Source: Psammoneis japonica
Taxonomy: Eukaryota
NCBI GenBank assembly: GCA_008632985.1
Contig: QPGO01000367.1
Coordinates: forward strand, 1 to 38,125
Length of the DNA stretch: 38,125 nucleotides
Reading direction: 5' to 3'
Positions within the stretch are counted from its first letter, which is position 1. The number at the start of each line of letters is the position of its first letter. A program made the translations under genes and the position numbers. Shown here in pieces: positions 22,301-33,636 of this stretch. The notes beneath the pieces were generated by a model. It was not told the DNA's origin. It saw nothing but the letters and a program-made list of their open reading frames with translations, and did no database searches.

Positions 22301-22960
22301 AGGCAAGTGGCTGTTGGGAAACAAGCCAGCACAAGCAAGAAGATCAAGCCTGTCACAGTGAGGGTGAGCACTAAAATGGCATTTGGGTGCAAGAAGATCC
22401 AGTTGAAAGATGGGCACATTGTCTGGGACAGTTCTTCAACACATTGTGTGTGAAGAGTGCATCAAGAGATGGTCAAAGAGATGCTGGTGGAGAACAAAAA
22501 AGACCAAGTGCTCACATCTGAGCCAGGGTCTGGTGTGGGCAGGTGTGTTGGCTCTGGTGGTCACTCCCCAGTTGTTTGTCACTGGGCAGCTGTGTGCTTC
22601 TTGGCTGCATTGGTGGAATTTTTGACAAAATGTTGAGTTTGTCTTGGCATCAGGCATGTAAAAGGTGAGACCTTTTGGATGCACAGCATCATGTGATTGT
22701 GAGCTTGAAATGACATCCTGTCCCAGGAAGGAAGGGTTTGATCTTTTACAGAGCTCCAAAAGCAGATGACTCAGTGTCCAATGATGGCACACAGATTGGG
22801 CGGAGCTTGTCTGGTCAACATGTGTGCCACCATCAGTTAAACCACAAGAACCGCTGGTGGTGGTGGCATGCTTTCTTCAATGGTGCTTCTTGTGGAGTGT
22901 GCTTCTTTCTCTTTAGCTGCTGGTTCCTCATGATGGATCTGCACTTGGAGGAACTCTTGT
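19380..22960. other. TpA- and CpG-depleted domain 3 (probable decayed transposon or gene, unidentified)
   Basis: Almost no TA or CG over ~3.6 kb, and no recognisable protein motif. Confidence 0.8.
19431..19514 (+). repeat. (TGGA)21 microsatellite
   Basis: Perfect tetranucleotide run followed by cagatggatg. Confidence 0.97.
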
Positions 22961-23284
22961 CTTTTCTAGTCTACTTCACCAACATGGGGCACTGTCAGTC
23001 TGTTTGGGGTTGTATTCTGGTGCTGTCGGGGTTGTCTCCTGCTTCGCGTTTACAAGAATTACATGTAAATACAGCGAAGGAGAATCTTTTCATCTGACGG
23101 AAAGGGCGACTCTACATGTCAAAGTGAATTCCTTCTTTAGAACAGATGTAAAACAATCAAAATCTATACGGTACATGCTTTCTTCTTCTGTTGTTCCTGT
23201 TCGATCATCCGTCGCTCATCAGTGAGTGCTGATCTAGCTCTAGAGAGGTAAGAGGAGCACCATTTGGGCGATTTCTACTATATA

Positions 23285-24592
23285 CTAAATAAATTTTCTA
23301 AGTGGCCGATGCTGTTCAAGTCTTTGGTAAAGACTGAATAGGATGGCTTCGCCAGCAAGACCATCGTCTTCGTACCAAAAGAGTTGCCATACTTCTTCCA
23401 TTCCAGTCATGAGTTTCTGCAACTCGTATGAATCCAATGCACGGAGTTTTTCGTCCATTCTGGTGACATCGCTCGGTCTTACCCACAGAGCAAAATCAAT
23501 GTAGTCAATGAGATTCTCCAGCGGGAGGAGCTGTTCCTCGGAAATAACGACCGGAATACAACCCAAGAGAACTGAATACGCCGGACGAGGAGACCATTTG
23601 TGCCACCCATGAGGACAAAGGCAAAACTTTGAACTCGCCATATCTTTCGTATAGGTATCAGATCTTGTACCACCAATCATGTAATCTTTCTCTTGGGAGA
23701 GATGAGTCTTGAAGTACTGGCGGACGCCTTCGGAATAGTTTGAACCTCGGTGATCACTTACTCCAGCAGATACGACCTGCCCTCCAAAGAATCCAAACGT
23801 CGTCTTGTCTTCCAAAACGGGTGTATGCTTGCGCCATATAGGGGTCAAATAGTGGCTTACATCTGGAGGCACGACAATGTCTTTGGCCGTAGAGAAGTGG
23901 GGCTCCGAGTAGTCGCCATTGTGCACGAGAAAAATGGCGTTTCGGTACTTGGTCCAATCCCCGGCGTGTCGAGCACCAAATCCCTGTGCAAACATAAAGA
24001 TGTGATCTCGTCCATCGCTGTTGTTCCAGTGAGGATACTTGGTCGTAATGTATTCCATCGCTTCTGAAACATATCTTCCAGACTTGTTGAGATCGTTTGG
24101 CAAATTCAACATGAGGAAGCACGTCGTAAGAATTGGTACATAAAAGAAGTCGGCTTCGCTCGCGTTCCTCGTTCTAACAGGACTATTCTTGAAGTATTCT
24201 GAGAGTGTGTTTTCAGCTGAATAGAAGCTTTGATTACAGTAAGGATCTCGAATGCGCGGAGGTGTTTCAAATGAGCGCTCTACAAGCTCCTCGTTGAACC
24301 GAGGCGGGAGGTCGTAGTAGTAGATCTTGATTCGCTCCTTAGCATACGTTGGATCTTTCCATTTGCGAACTTCTTGGAGTACTTCTCTGTTAGTCCGTCT
24401 TTTCCTAGGAGCTTTAGTCACATTATGAAGTATAAATTCTACCTTCTTGACTGGTGGTGTCGGTTCAGGCAGAAAGCGTTGACAGCCTAGCAATTGTGAT
24501 AGTTGAAGGGAATACAGGAAGCCAACTAAAAGCAATCCTTGGATAAGTCTGTCTCTCGTCAAGCGTTTATACGTATGATAGAGGGACGGCAT
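23285..24592 (-). CDS. Exostosin-family (GT47) glycosyltransferase, type II membrane protein
   Basis: N-terminal hydrophobic anchor, then IKIYYYDLPPRFN, SPVRTRNASEADFFYVP, YPHWNNSDGRDHIF, KDIVVP, SSKFCLCPHG..WSPR and GCIPVVIS....LP. Confidence 0.95.
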   Translation of the reverse strand: MPSLYHTYKRLTRDRLIQGLLLVGFLYSLQLSQLLGCQRFLPEPTPPVKKVEFILHNVTKAPRKRRTNREVLQEVRKWKDPTYAKERIKIYYYDLPPRFNEELVERSFETPPRIRDPYCNQSFYSAENTLSEYFKNSPVRTRNASEADFFYVPILTTCFLMLNLPNDLNKSGRYVSEAMEYITTKYPHWNNSDGRDHIFMFAQGFGARHAGDWTKYRNAIFLVHNGDYSEPHFSTAKDIVVPPDVSHYLTPIWRKHTPVLEDKTTFGFFGGQVVSAGVSDHRGSNYSEGVRQYFKTHLSQEKDYMIGGTRSDTYTKDMASSKFCLCPHGWHKWSPRPAYSVLLGCIPVVISEEQLLPLENLIDYIDFALWVRPSDVTRMDEKLRALDSYELQKLMTGMEEVWQLFWYEDDGLAGEAILFSLYQRLEQHRPLRKFI

Positions 24593-24982
24593 GGTACCGG
24601 TAGTGGTCTGTGATTACGTTTTTGTGACCACTTTCATTCATGAGAGTGTCTGATCGGAAAATGCCGAAAGCACCAGAAAATGTGCGGTAGAGATAACGAC
24701 ATTTTATCTCAAAATTAATGAACGTATACACACAAATTTTATCTTGAAAACTCTATCAGAGATACTGTAGTATCAGTATCGTACTTACTTAGGGTCAAAT
24801 GAACACATTCATCATGCTTTTACATTGTCAATAATTGACCACTATCAGGAAAAGTTCATGCCCACATACGTTGCCATTCCGTTACATTCATTATTTAGCA
24901 GAGCGTCGCCACTCTTTCTGCGAAGCATGCCCACGACCCACGACGCTACTCCTCACATTTCTCACATTTCGCTAAATTGGAA

Positions 24983-26768
24983 ATGGCGCCCACTCACTTT
25001 CTCAGCATGATCCGTTTGAGGCAGTTATTTGTCACAGCCGCATTTTTCGCTAGTGTGTCTAAAATATGCCTCGAACTTTGGGCGTTGTCAAGAGTCGATT
25101 CTTCTGACCGACTGGCGCTAGAGCTGTCAAATTGTCAAACGGTATTGCCGCCCAAACCACAAATTGACGAGGAGGAACCCGACCGAGAGATTGAATCACA
25201 AGTGAAGATACTCATTGGAATAGAGGTCGTTGATAAATTAGTTATCCTCTCCTTGTGAACACATGGCTTCGAGACAAGCCGTCCTTTGCGGACGTAAATG
25301 TCTACTCTCGGGACCGAAACTTCAACAAGTTACACAATACCACGTTCTACATCTCGGATGAGACAGACCTCTACCATGATTTGACGAGGCGACCCGCCAT
25401 GCATGACTGGTTTTTACGCTGTCCGAGTTCCGCCTACTTGGATGTCGACCGTTTGCATTCGTTTCTCAAGCGCTTCTCCTCCGTCACCGAGAGTCTTCCT
25501 CTTCTCCTTGGATGGTACGGTAATTCCGGTTTCATTCATGCTGATAGTGAGACGTACTGCCAAGTCTGGAACAGAAAGGCGCAATGATTCTCTTTGAAAA
25601 ATGCAGTGATGACCAGTCGGTGAATACCTGCCTAATGGAAAAAGAGTATGTTGGCCTTACGCTCCTCCCGCCAACGCAGAAAGGCGTCTACCCTAGCGTT
25701 TGCGACATAACTCAAGATTCGTGGTTGTATCCTGATGTACTGAATGGCAATGGAGGTGATCCAATTGGGCTTCCACTCTCCTTGACTTATCCAGAGCTGT
25801 TTTCTCCGTTGAATGGATGTTCTTGTACAAGTAGTCTCTTTGCCCACCGCATGTCGAACTGTGGAACATGGTTCTTTGAGGAAGATCAAAGGGAGAATTG
25901 TGAAGATCTCGATTTTCTTCCTCAATGCCCTGTTGCAAAGGAAGTTTCTTTGCAAAAGACTGTGCCATCTTCTGGGATTGGAGCATACGTCTTTACTCTT
26001 CATCGCGAAGCAACCCAAGAGAGAACAGACAAATTCATGCCTTCCCCTACATTTGATTCTCGTATTGTGATGGAATCTACATTGACGGTGACGGAGTTCA
26101 AGGCTATCGTCAAAGCATGTATAAATCGTTGAAAGAAGGTCTCGCGGATCCCGAAAATGAGCTGATTGCTGTCTTTGACGATGATTTCCGAGTTTCAAAG
26201 GAGTTTGAGTCACGGTGGAAGCGACTTCTTGATAGTCATGCTTGCTACCACGAGCCTTTAAGCTCAGGGGGCGCCGTTATTCTTGGTGCATCGGTTTGGA
26301 ATCCTAGCTTTTTCGAGTACCTTGAGACCAACAGCAATGAACTTTTGCATGACGGGTTGTGTTATGATGCTCATTCTCGTGTAAAAGGCTCTTTTGCTTC
26401 TATATTCTCCCGAAAGGTAAGGCACACTCAATGATGATGTGAACGTAGGATAGTCAATAATAAATCCATCGTGCTCACATTTTTGTCTTTATCAGGCGGC
26501 AACAATGGCTGTCCATTGGTTGGAAAAGACTCGAGGCATGAACAGACCCTTTGACTGGATTTGGGGCGATCTCGTGGAACTTGGCTATACGATTCGTGTA
26601 GCCTTGGACCCCTTGTTTGTCATGGATGTTGAGCATGCGAGTTCCGTTGATCCGGGCCGAGCGAGAAAAGGTGCCGCCGAAAGACATCGACTGCAGCGTT
26701 GGGACCGCGTAGAAGATTTCTTTCCGGCAAGTGGAGTTTATCGTACAGTACTAACTAGTACTGTGTAA
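24983..26768 (+). pseudogene. Glycosyltransferase-like gene (Fringe/GT31-like N-half, GT25-like C-half) broken by three -1 frame changes; one intron 26417-26495; pseudogene or assembly indels
   Basis: Consecutive overlapping ORFs 24977-25258, 25255-25587, 25584-26132, 26117-26434 and 26505-26768. N-terminal TM anchor; 'DWFLRCPSSAYLDVDRLHSFL' and 'SDDQSVNTCL' are GT31-like; 'IAVFDDDF', 'GSFASIFSRK' and 'PFDW' are GT25-like. Intron is gtaagg...tttatcag. Confidence 0.6.
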
Positions 26769-27144
26769 TCTCAAAAATATTAGACTTTGTCGACCATGCT
26801 TTGTTAAACTGGCGTTTACTCCTTGGTTGACTCCTCCTCTACGCTCTCTAGCTACTCTCTAGCTCTAGAGTAGAGAGTAGTAGCCACCGGTAGAAGGCAA
26901 AGGGCTAGCTAAAGTAGCTCACAAAACACGTCAAAACACCCGTAATTGTACTGACCGACAGACCGACATTTAAAAATTGTAACCGTTACGACCGTTATCG
27001 GCGCTGCTGCAACACGGACAAACGGCAACAACAAAAAAACAAAACATCTGGGAAGAGGATCCTAACAAGGAACCAGGGAACGAGATACCGGTAGGCAACT
27101 GTAAAAGCTGTAACACAAATCTGAAACAACATACCATAGCTGCC

Positions 27145-28218
27145 ATGCGGAGACAGGGTGCAGTTTTCTGTCTATGTGCAGTTTGGTTGGCGTATACGCT
27201 TCTCCAACTGAAATCAATCATCTCTTTTTCTGGACGCAGCCCATCAAGTAGCGGTTCTGGTAAAGTTGTGTTAAAAGTAACTGCAGAGGATCTTGATTTG
27301 CGAAAACCCCTGGTGCTCTTGTCCAATGCGTGCTCAGGAAGCAGTTTCCAACTCGATTTTGCTTGGCGTCTGGTAGCTCGTCATACAGGAAGGCACCCAG
27401 AATCGTATGCAGATGTAGTCGGAGAGCAGGAAGCAGGTGAATTCTTACGAACCACCTATAATCATGCTAATCGCTTGTACAATTACACGCTTAGCACAAC
27501 GGATCCTTTTCGGGCCGACAAGGAAATGGTACACGAAACGTATCGTCTGCTTGTTCTGGATCAAACCAATGCCTCGCGAAGAATCATGGCTCCCAAACTG
27601 TTGGGTTCCCAACTTACAGAGGGCGTGGCAGAGGCGCTATCCGAGCTTGGAGCTAGGGTTGTGATTACCTTTCAACAGAACTTTTTGAAACAACGAGTTT
27701 GCATGATTCGTGATTGTTTTGCCTTTGCAAACGAAGGTATTGCTGTGAACGAGACGGGAGAGAAATCTCTATACTGTCATGACCGTCGAGGTGTGCCAAA
27801 CATTACGCACTTGGCAAAATTCAACGTTACGCATCATGACCTGCAATTGAAGAATCGAATGGACCGATTAGGCTGTCAGCAGTCGAAAGATGTTTACCTC
27901 GAAGAAAAGGCCAAGAAGTGGATGAAAACGAGCGACTACCTTGTTTTTGACGGCGAGAGGCTCGCTGCGTTTCAGCAATACCCATCCTCGTCGCCTGAAT
28001 TTAGAAACAGCTTGTCAGCCTGGAAGGAATTTATGCGAGGATGGGGTATCCCCCCCAACAGGACGTTGATTCTTGACGAAATGATGAAGGAACAAGGAAC
28101 TAGATCAACGAAAAGTGGCGTGAGCAAGAATGTTTACAACATCGCCGAGATTCAAGCCTTGTACGAGGAGTTAGCTCAAGACCCTGGGTCTTGTGATTGG
28201 AGATGGATGCTAGGGTAA
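27145..28218 (+). CDS. Sulfotransferase-like (P-loop, Stf0-type) type II membrane protein
   Basis: 357-aa intact ORF with TM anchor. 'LVLLSNACSGSSF' resembles the 5'-PSB loop and 'RVVITFQQNFLKQRVC' resembles the 3'-PB 'kvI.l.R.NlL.q.vS' segment. Divergent, so function is tentative. Confidence 0.55.
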   Translation: MRRQGAVFCLCAVWLAYTLLQLKSIISFSGRSPSSSGSGKVVLKVTAEDLDLRKPLVLLSNACSGSSFQLDFAWRLVARHTGRHPESYADVVGEQEAGEFLRTTYNHANRLYNYTLSTTDPFRADKEMVHETYRLLVLDQTNASRRIMAPKLLGSQLTEGVAEALSELGARVVITFQQNFLKQRVCMIRDCFAFANEGIAVNETGEKSLYCHDRRGVPNITHLAKFNVTHHDLQLKNRMDRLGCQQSKDVYLEEKAKKWMKTSDYLVFDGERLAAFQQYPSSSPEFRNSLSAWKEFMRGWGIPPNRTLILDEMMKEQGTRSTKSGVSKNVYNIAEIQALYEELAQDPGSCDWRWMLG

Positions 28219-28479
28219 AACTGTAGTGTCTTGTCGAAAAGGAAAGAGGCGACCTCTACAGCATGCGGTGTTTACAGATAAGATGCCGTACTGTGCATTG
28301 GATCAGGTATTCAATACAATAGAACAAACGTAGAGCAATTCAAATTAAAAGTTTACATCATGGTTCGGAAAAAGTGCGTTGCTTGCTAAGATTTGTCCTG
28401 TGTTATCGGACGACTCCATTCTAACGATTCGGTGGCAGATGAACTGGAAATTATTGGGAGCTCTGGGCTGCTGTCAAAC

Positions 28480-30260
28480 TCTGGATGTTGGTGTGTTGTC
28501 ACGTGTTTTTGTTTTTTGCAGTGATCTGTTCAGTCGTTTCAAGGATGAGTTGAAGATTTGCTCAAGTGGGTTCAAGTGTTTCTTGGGATTTGTCTTGCAA
28601 AAGGAGCAAGCAGTGTTGCCAAGAAGAAGGACTCTGATCTGTGATCATTTGTGTTTGCATGTTTTTGTGGTGCAACAAGGGGGCGCCGTTCATTCTTGGT
28701 GTTGGCAAAGAAGACAAAGGAGTGGAGTTTGACATGGAAAAGAGAATGCATGACATGTGGTTGTTGATCCATGCACATGTGAAAGTGCTGCAGAATGAAA
28801 AATGCAATGGGCCAGAGGCACTGGTCATGTGTTCTTGCCAGCAGCACCACAAAACACAGCCTGCTTTGCACACATGATTGTGAGATTGTGTCAGCAAGCA
28901 CATGGCAATGTGGACATTTTGGCTTTGAGCTGCAAGGTGTCATGGGCTGCAACATTTTTTTGCACAGATGACAAACATTGAGGGAAAGGAAAGCTCTGCA
29001 AGCTTCAGTTTGGCACCTCCTCTTGTGCCTTTGAAAATTTGCTGAGTGGCCAGCTGTGAATGACAAGCTCACTTGCCACTTGGAAAATGACAACATTTCA
29101 GTCCTTTCTTTCCACTCTGGCTTTCAATGTTGAAGATCTGTGACACATTGCTGACACCTTGATTTGCACTGTTCTTGCAGCTGGTGCCAACCCAGGGCTG
29201 TGGACAAAGCTTGCCTTGCACATTGTGCTCACACAGTTTGACCTCAAATCAATGTGCAATGCAAGAGAGCTGTGACAATGAGTGCTGGCACCTGCTTGAG
29301 ATTGTGGCACCAAACTCAACGCCCCAAAACAGTTGCCGTGCCAAACTTTTTGCCAAAGTCTCTTGTGAGGACAATCTTTTTCTGCCAGGGCTGTGGAAGG
29401 TGTCAAAGTTGTTTTGCCATTGAAGTTTTTGGAGCCCCACAAGTGCTGTTTTTCTCCTTTCCTCTTTCTTGTCATTTGTGTGGAAGACATGATGATGCAC
29501 ATTTTGCCCTCTTGCTGGCTCAAAGAAATGACATGACATTGCACACACTGTGCCATTTTCTGCTGGTGGTTTTGCAGCACACACAATGGGCTGTGGCAAC
29601 AGCAACATGGTCAGTGACACTGTGCTCTTTTTCAATCACAAATGCTTGTGTGTGTGTGGACAAAAATCCCAGTGTGTTTTTCTCCTTGTCTCAAGAAGTG
29701 CCCAGCCCCTTTTTTCTTTGAGGGAGTGAGTGGGGCAAACTGCGCCAGATGCTGCAGTGGACATCCATGGGAGGGACACAGTCTTGTGACTGTCCCAACA
29801 TGCAGCAGGGTAGAAATTGGCCAATGGAGGAGTGGAGGTGTGGGCAAAGATGTCGACAACATTTTGCTGTGCACGCAGGAGGGGGGGGGACGACCAGCAA
29901 AACACAACAACAACCACAAACCTCCAATCTCAAGCAAATTTTGGAGTGATTGCACCCAAATGAAAGTGAAGTGGATCCAATGGACATGAGGTGCTTGAAG
30001 GCACATGTGCAGGCAATGCTGTGCCAGGAGCTGGAAGGCCGCCCAGCGCATCAGCGCCCTGAGGTGACTGAGTTGTGTGTGTGAGGCAAGAGGTCACAGC
30101 ATCAAAAGCCGCCACCACATGCACAGCTTGGCAAAAATGTCATCCAAACCCTGTCCCCCACAAGAATGCAATGGCAGAAAAGGCTTGGACCAGGCTGATG
30201 GCACAGCAGTGGCTGCGCAATTCAAAAACACAGGGTTTTGTGGTTGGCTGACAAAAAAGC
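28480..30260. other. TpA- and CpG-depleted domain 4, between the sulfotransferase-like and LicD genes
   Basis: Loss of TA/CG after ~28480, with an abrupt return at ~30270 (taataatgat). Confidence 0.8.
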
Positions 30261-30482
30261 GCGTTCAAAATAATAATGATATTCATTCACGAATAAATAT
30301 AACGTCTAACGGCTGCCTATTTATTGTTCTTTCTGAAGCTACGTATGATGGCATTTGTTTCTACAAAAATTGCGCCAAAGAAAAAAGCCATGGAATAGAG
30401 CCCGCCTTTTTTTTTGTGCAAACCAAGTGTTGCACTCGACAACCACAATCGACATTTGCTTTTTCAGTGTGGTCAGGAGAGC

Positions 30483-32752
30483 ATGGCGAAAATGAAACGT
30501 CTTTTTCTGCTTCGTGCAGTTTTGTTCATGGCAGCATCATGCGCACTCTTTGGTATCTTCTTTTCGCACATGATTACGCAGCGGCATCTCTCATCCTTTT
30601 TGCCGACCAACATGATGTATGCGATTGAGCAACAAAAACAACGCCGTACTTCTTCTTCATTGGAATATCAGTACTATTCTTCCAAGAACGACAAGACTCA
30701 ACATGATTCTAGCTTCAGCACCTCTTCCCCCCGAAATCTACACAAGCACTACCCACTGGTTTGTCAAGAAAACCAAGGCAACACTTCGTGGTCTGTCCCT
30801 TCTGCGACTTTGGCTTGGATTGAAATGACGTACGAGTACAAGTCGGGACCACCGAACGATTATGACTATTACTGGTCGGGACATCGAGCATTCTCGTTAG
30901 ACCCACTTGTCCCGATAGAATCCTTGCTGTCGACAATCCAGGCGTGTCTGTACACAACGCTTGAGCGTTGGTGGGATTTGAGCCTTGAGAACAATATAAC
31001 ACGATGGTCCGCGCACGGTGGAACTGCCATGGCTAGCTATTGTCACCATGCCATGAATGGATGGGACGATGATGTCGATATTACAGTAGCATCGTGCAAG
31101 ACGATCAATGATTTGTGGGACAAGGGCAAGAACGTTTCCGATGTGTATCCAGACATTCCCGAAGAGCGGTACACCAACGATGTCCATGTGGGACGATTAA
31201 TTCGCAAGGACTTGATACTCCTGCGCGGTGCGCTTGCCAAAAAAGAGAGAGAATATATGAACTATTTCAAGCTCAAACTGGTGGACCAAACCAGAGTTGT
31301 ATCTGGCAAGGACTTGAGCGGTATTGATATTCAGTGCTTTGATGAGTTTATTCCCTTCAACGAGAAAGAATCCATGGATCGATCCAACTTCAAGGCGTTT
31401 TTGAAGGGAGACCAAGAATTGTCGGTTGTGCCATTTGGACCAACGTACATAAAGGTTGTTCCTTTTGACGTGCTTGAAGAATATGTGTTTTATCGATACG
31501 GAAAACGGTCTTGGTGCGACTTTCCCTACGACAAAACAAATAAAAAGAATATAACGAACTCCTCTCGACAGCATCCTCGGTCCTCACAAATGGAAGAGGC
31601 AGTGTCCAAATGGTACACGGCGCCCAAACACCGTGAAGTGTGGCTAGAACAGGTTGGAAAGACGTCTGGTGACAAGCTGACCAAAGAACGAGTTCCTAAT
31701 TTAAATCATGTGGAAGTGGATAATTCTATTCAGCAGCATCCTTGTGCAGAATCGGCGCAACTCCTCAAGCCAACAACAATGCTAATGATGGACCTACTCC
31801 ACTCAAGGTTGTCGCATTCAACGCCGAGCGCGGTACACACTGGGACAAATTTGCAGACATGGTTCGAACCATGAAGGATTTGCAAAAGCCAGATGTCATT
31901 GTTTTGAATGAGATGGATATTGGCATGGCAAGGTCAGGGAACGTGCATACGACCCGCAAACTCGCGTACGACTTGGGTATGAATTATGCGTGGGGACTGG
32001 AGTTTGTCGAACTGACTCGGGGCAGCGAAGAAGAACAGAACCGGACCGTGGGTATGGAAAACTCACTCGGATTGCACGGAAATGCTATATTGTCCACTTG
32101 TGAAATCTATGACCCCATCATTGTCCGAGACGATCTTGCCGATATTTATTTTTCGAATAAAATCTCCTGGGAGAACGCCGATGGATATGAAAAGAGACTT
32201 GGTGGACGGATGGCACTCTTTGTTCGAACCGGAAACAATGTGTCATTGTCTGGTGATGATGCGACGTCGTTGGGAGATGATGGAAGAAGGCATATTGTTG
32301 TTGGGTCAGTACACAAACTCCAGCATAAGCATCGAATACAGCTCTACAAATACTTTGGTGCAGGCACACCTCCATCTGACTTTCAGCCCACGGCTCAAAT
32401 GCTGAATGGGACGGGCTTTGATCCTGACCAGCTACCCAAACACCAAATGGGAATCATTGCTGCCGGTGATTTGCAGGACAGGAAATTCTGTGGTTGGTAC
32501 GGACTGCGCAATCTTGACTTGGAACCAATGCCCTTGCGAAAAACGTTCCGTTCCGATTGCACCAACAAGGACAGCCCCGCCGGATATCGAAGAGGGGATT
32601 TCTTCTGTGGAACCATGGAAGTGGCCGAGCAAGACAAGAGCATTGCACCATGCTACTACAGCCGCAATGGAACGGAGATGACACAAATTGCCGACCACGC
32701 CATTATACAAATCATGCTGCGGCCCTACCATACTGAATCCTCTACCTTCTGA
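30483..32752 (+). CDS. LicD-family phosphotransferase fused to an endonuclease/exonuclease/phosphatase (EEP) domain; one -1 frame change near 31745
   Basis: ATG at 30483 with TM anchor. LicD motif 'WSAHGGTAMASYCHHAMNGWDDDVDI'. The second frame gives EEP motifs 'LKVVAFNAERG', 'PDVIVLNEMDIGMARSGN', 'GLHGNAILS', 'RLGGRMAL', 'AAGDL' and 'ADHAII'. The EEP frame has no ATG upstream of its first motif. Confidence 0.75.
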
Positions 32753-33603
32753 GCATTTTCGTAATCACTGACGGTGCCCAACTAGAATACAGATGAGCTC
32801 AGTCCTCGCTACTCTAGTTGTGTGGTTAAGAAGCAGTGACTTGCTTTCATACTTGCCTTCACACTTGCACACCATAAAACTCTCTACTTTAGCGAGAGTA
32901 GCGTAGAGGGTACCGTACGAGATGAGAGAGACCTTTGGACACAACGGGTTAAGGGGGTCCCAGTCCTAGAATTTCTTCATACGAGATTATGCTGCTTTGT
33001 TCTACTAATAGAAGTAGCATGGACGAGGAGCGGATCTTGCTTGCTTAGCGAGCTTAGCTTGCTAGCTAGAGAGTACGGTAGGTGTTGGCACGGTTCTGGG
33101 GGAAGTCTCCAGCCAGCTGCTGGCTGAAGAATCTTGTGTAGTCTAGAATAGAATTTGCACCGAAAGAGTCTGTCAATCTGTGCGTTGGGGGGGTTGGTGA
33201 ACGCTGGACAGACTCGTCGTCTGTTATGTGCGTAAAAATTGTGCCGGCAAAACCCCCAAATGCACTGAAGCTGGCTGGCTGGCCAGCTGGCTGACGGACG
33301 CCTCTTCAGCGAAGAACAGCAACACATGCATGGACATCACGCACTGTGCCTGTGCCTCGCTTGACACCCCTTTTGCTCATTCACATGGCAGAGTCGGGGC
33401 TTGCACAACACAAGAAGGTGGAGCAAGGGACAACAACTTTTCCCACTGGCCCAGCATGTTCCAACCCCAGGCAGGGCTTGACATGACACGAGCCCACAGA
33501 ATTCTTTGTGTGAGCACCACAGTTTGTGCATTGGGTGACAAGCATGTTCGTCTTTGACACCCAAAAATGAGCGACCAATGTTTTGCAGCACAGCTGCACC
33601 ATG

Positions 33604-33636
33604 CCCCCCCCCCCCCCCCCCCCACACACACACACA
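33604..33636 (+). repeat. Poly-C run followed by (CA)n
   Basis: About 20 C followed by acacacacacaca. Confidence 0.9.

Noticed and set aside
19380..22960. Assignment of the depleted domains to a specific transposon class
   Set aside because: No RT, integrase or DDE motif, LTR, TIR or target-site duplication could be identified by eye.
25230..26135. Programmed -1 ribosomal frameshifting or tiny introns at the frame breaks
   Set aside because: I saw no X XXY YYZ slippery heptamer, and the GT..AG pairs I tried at the first junction do not restore the frame. Single-base loss is simpler.
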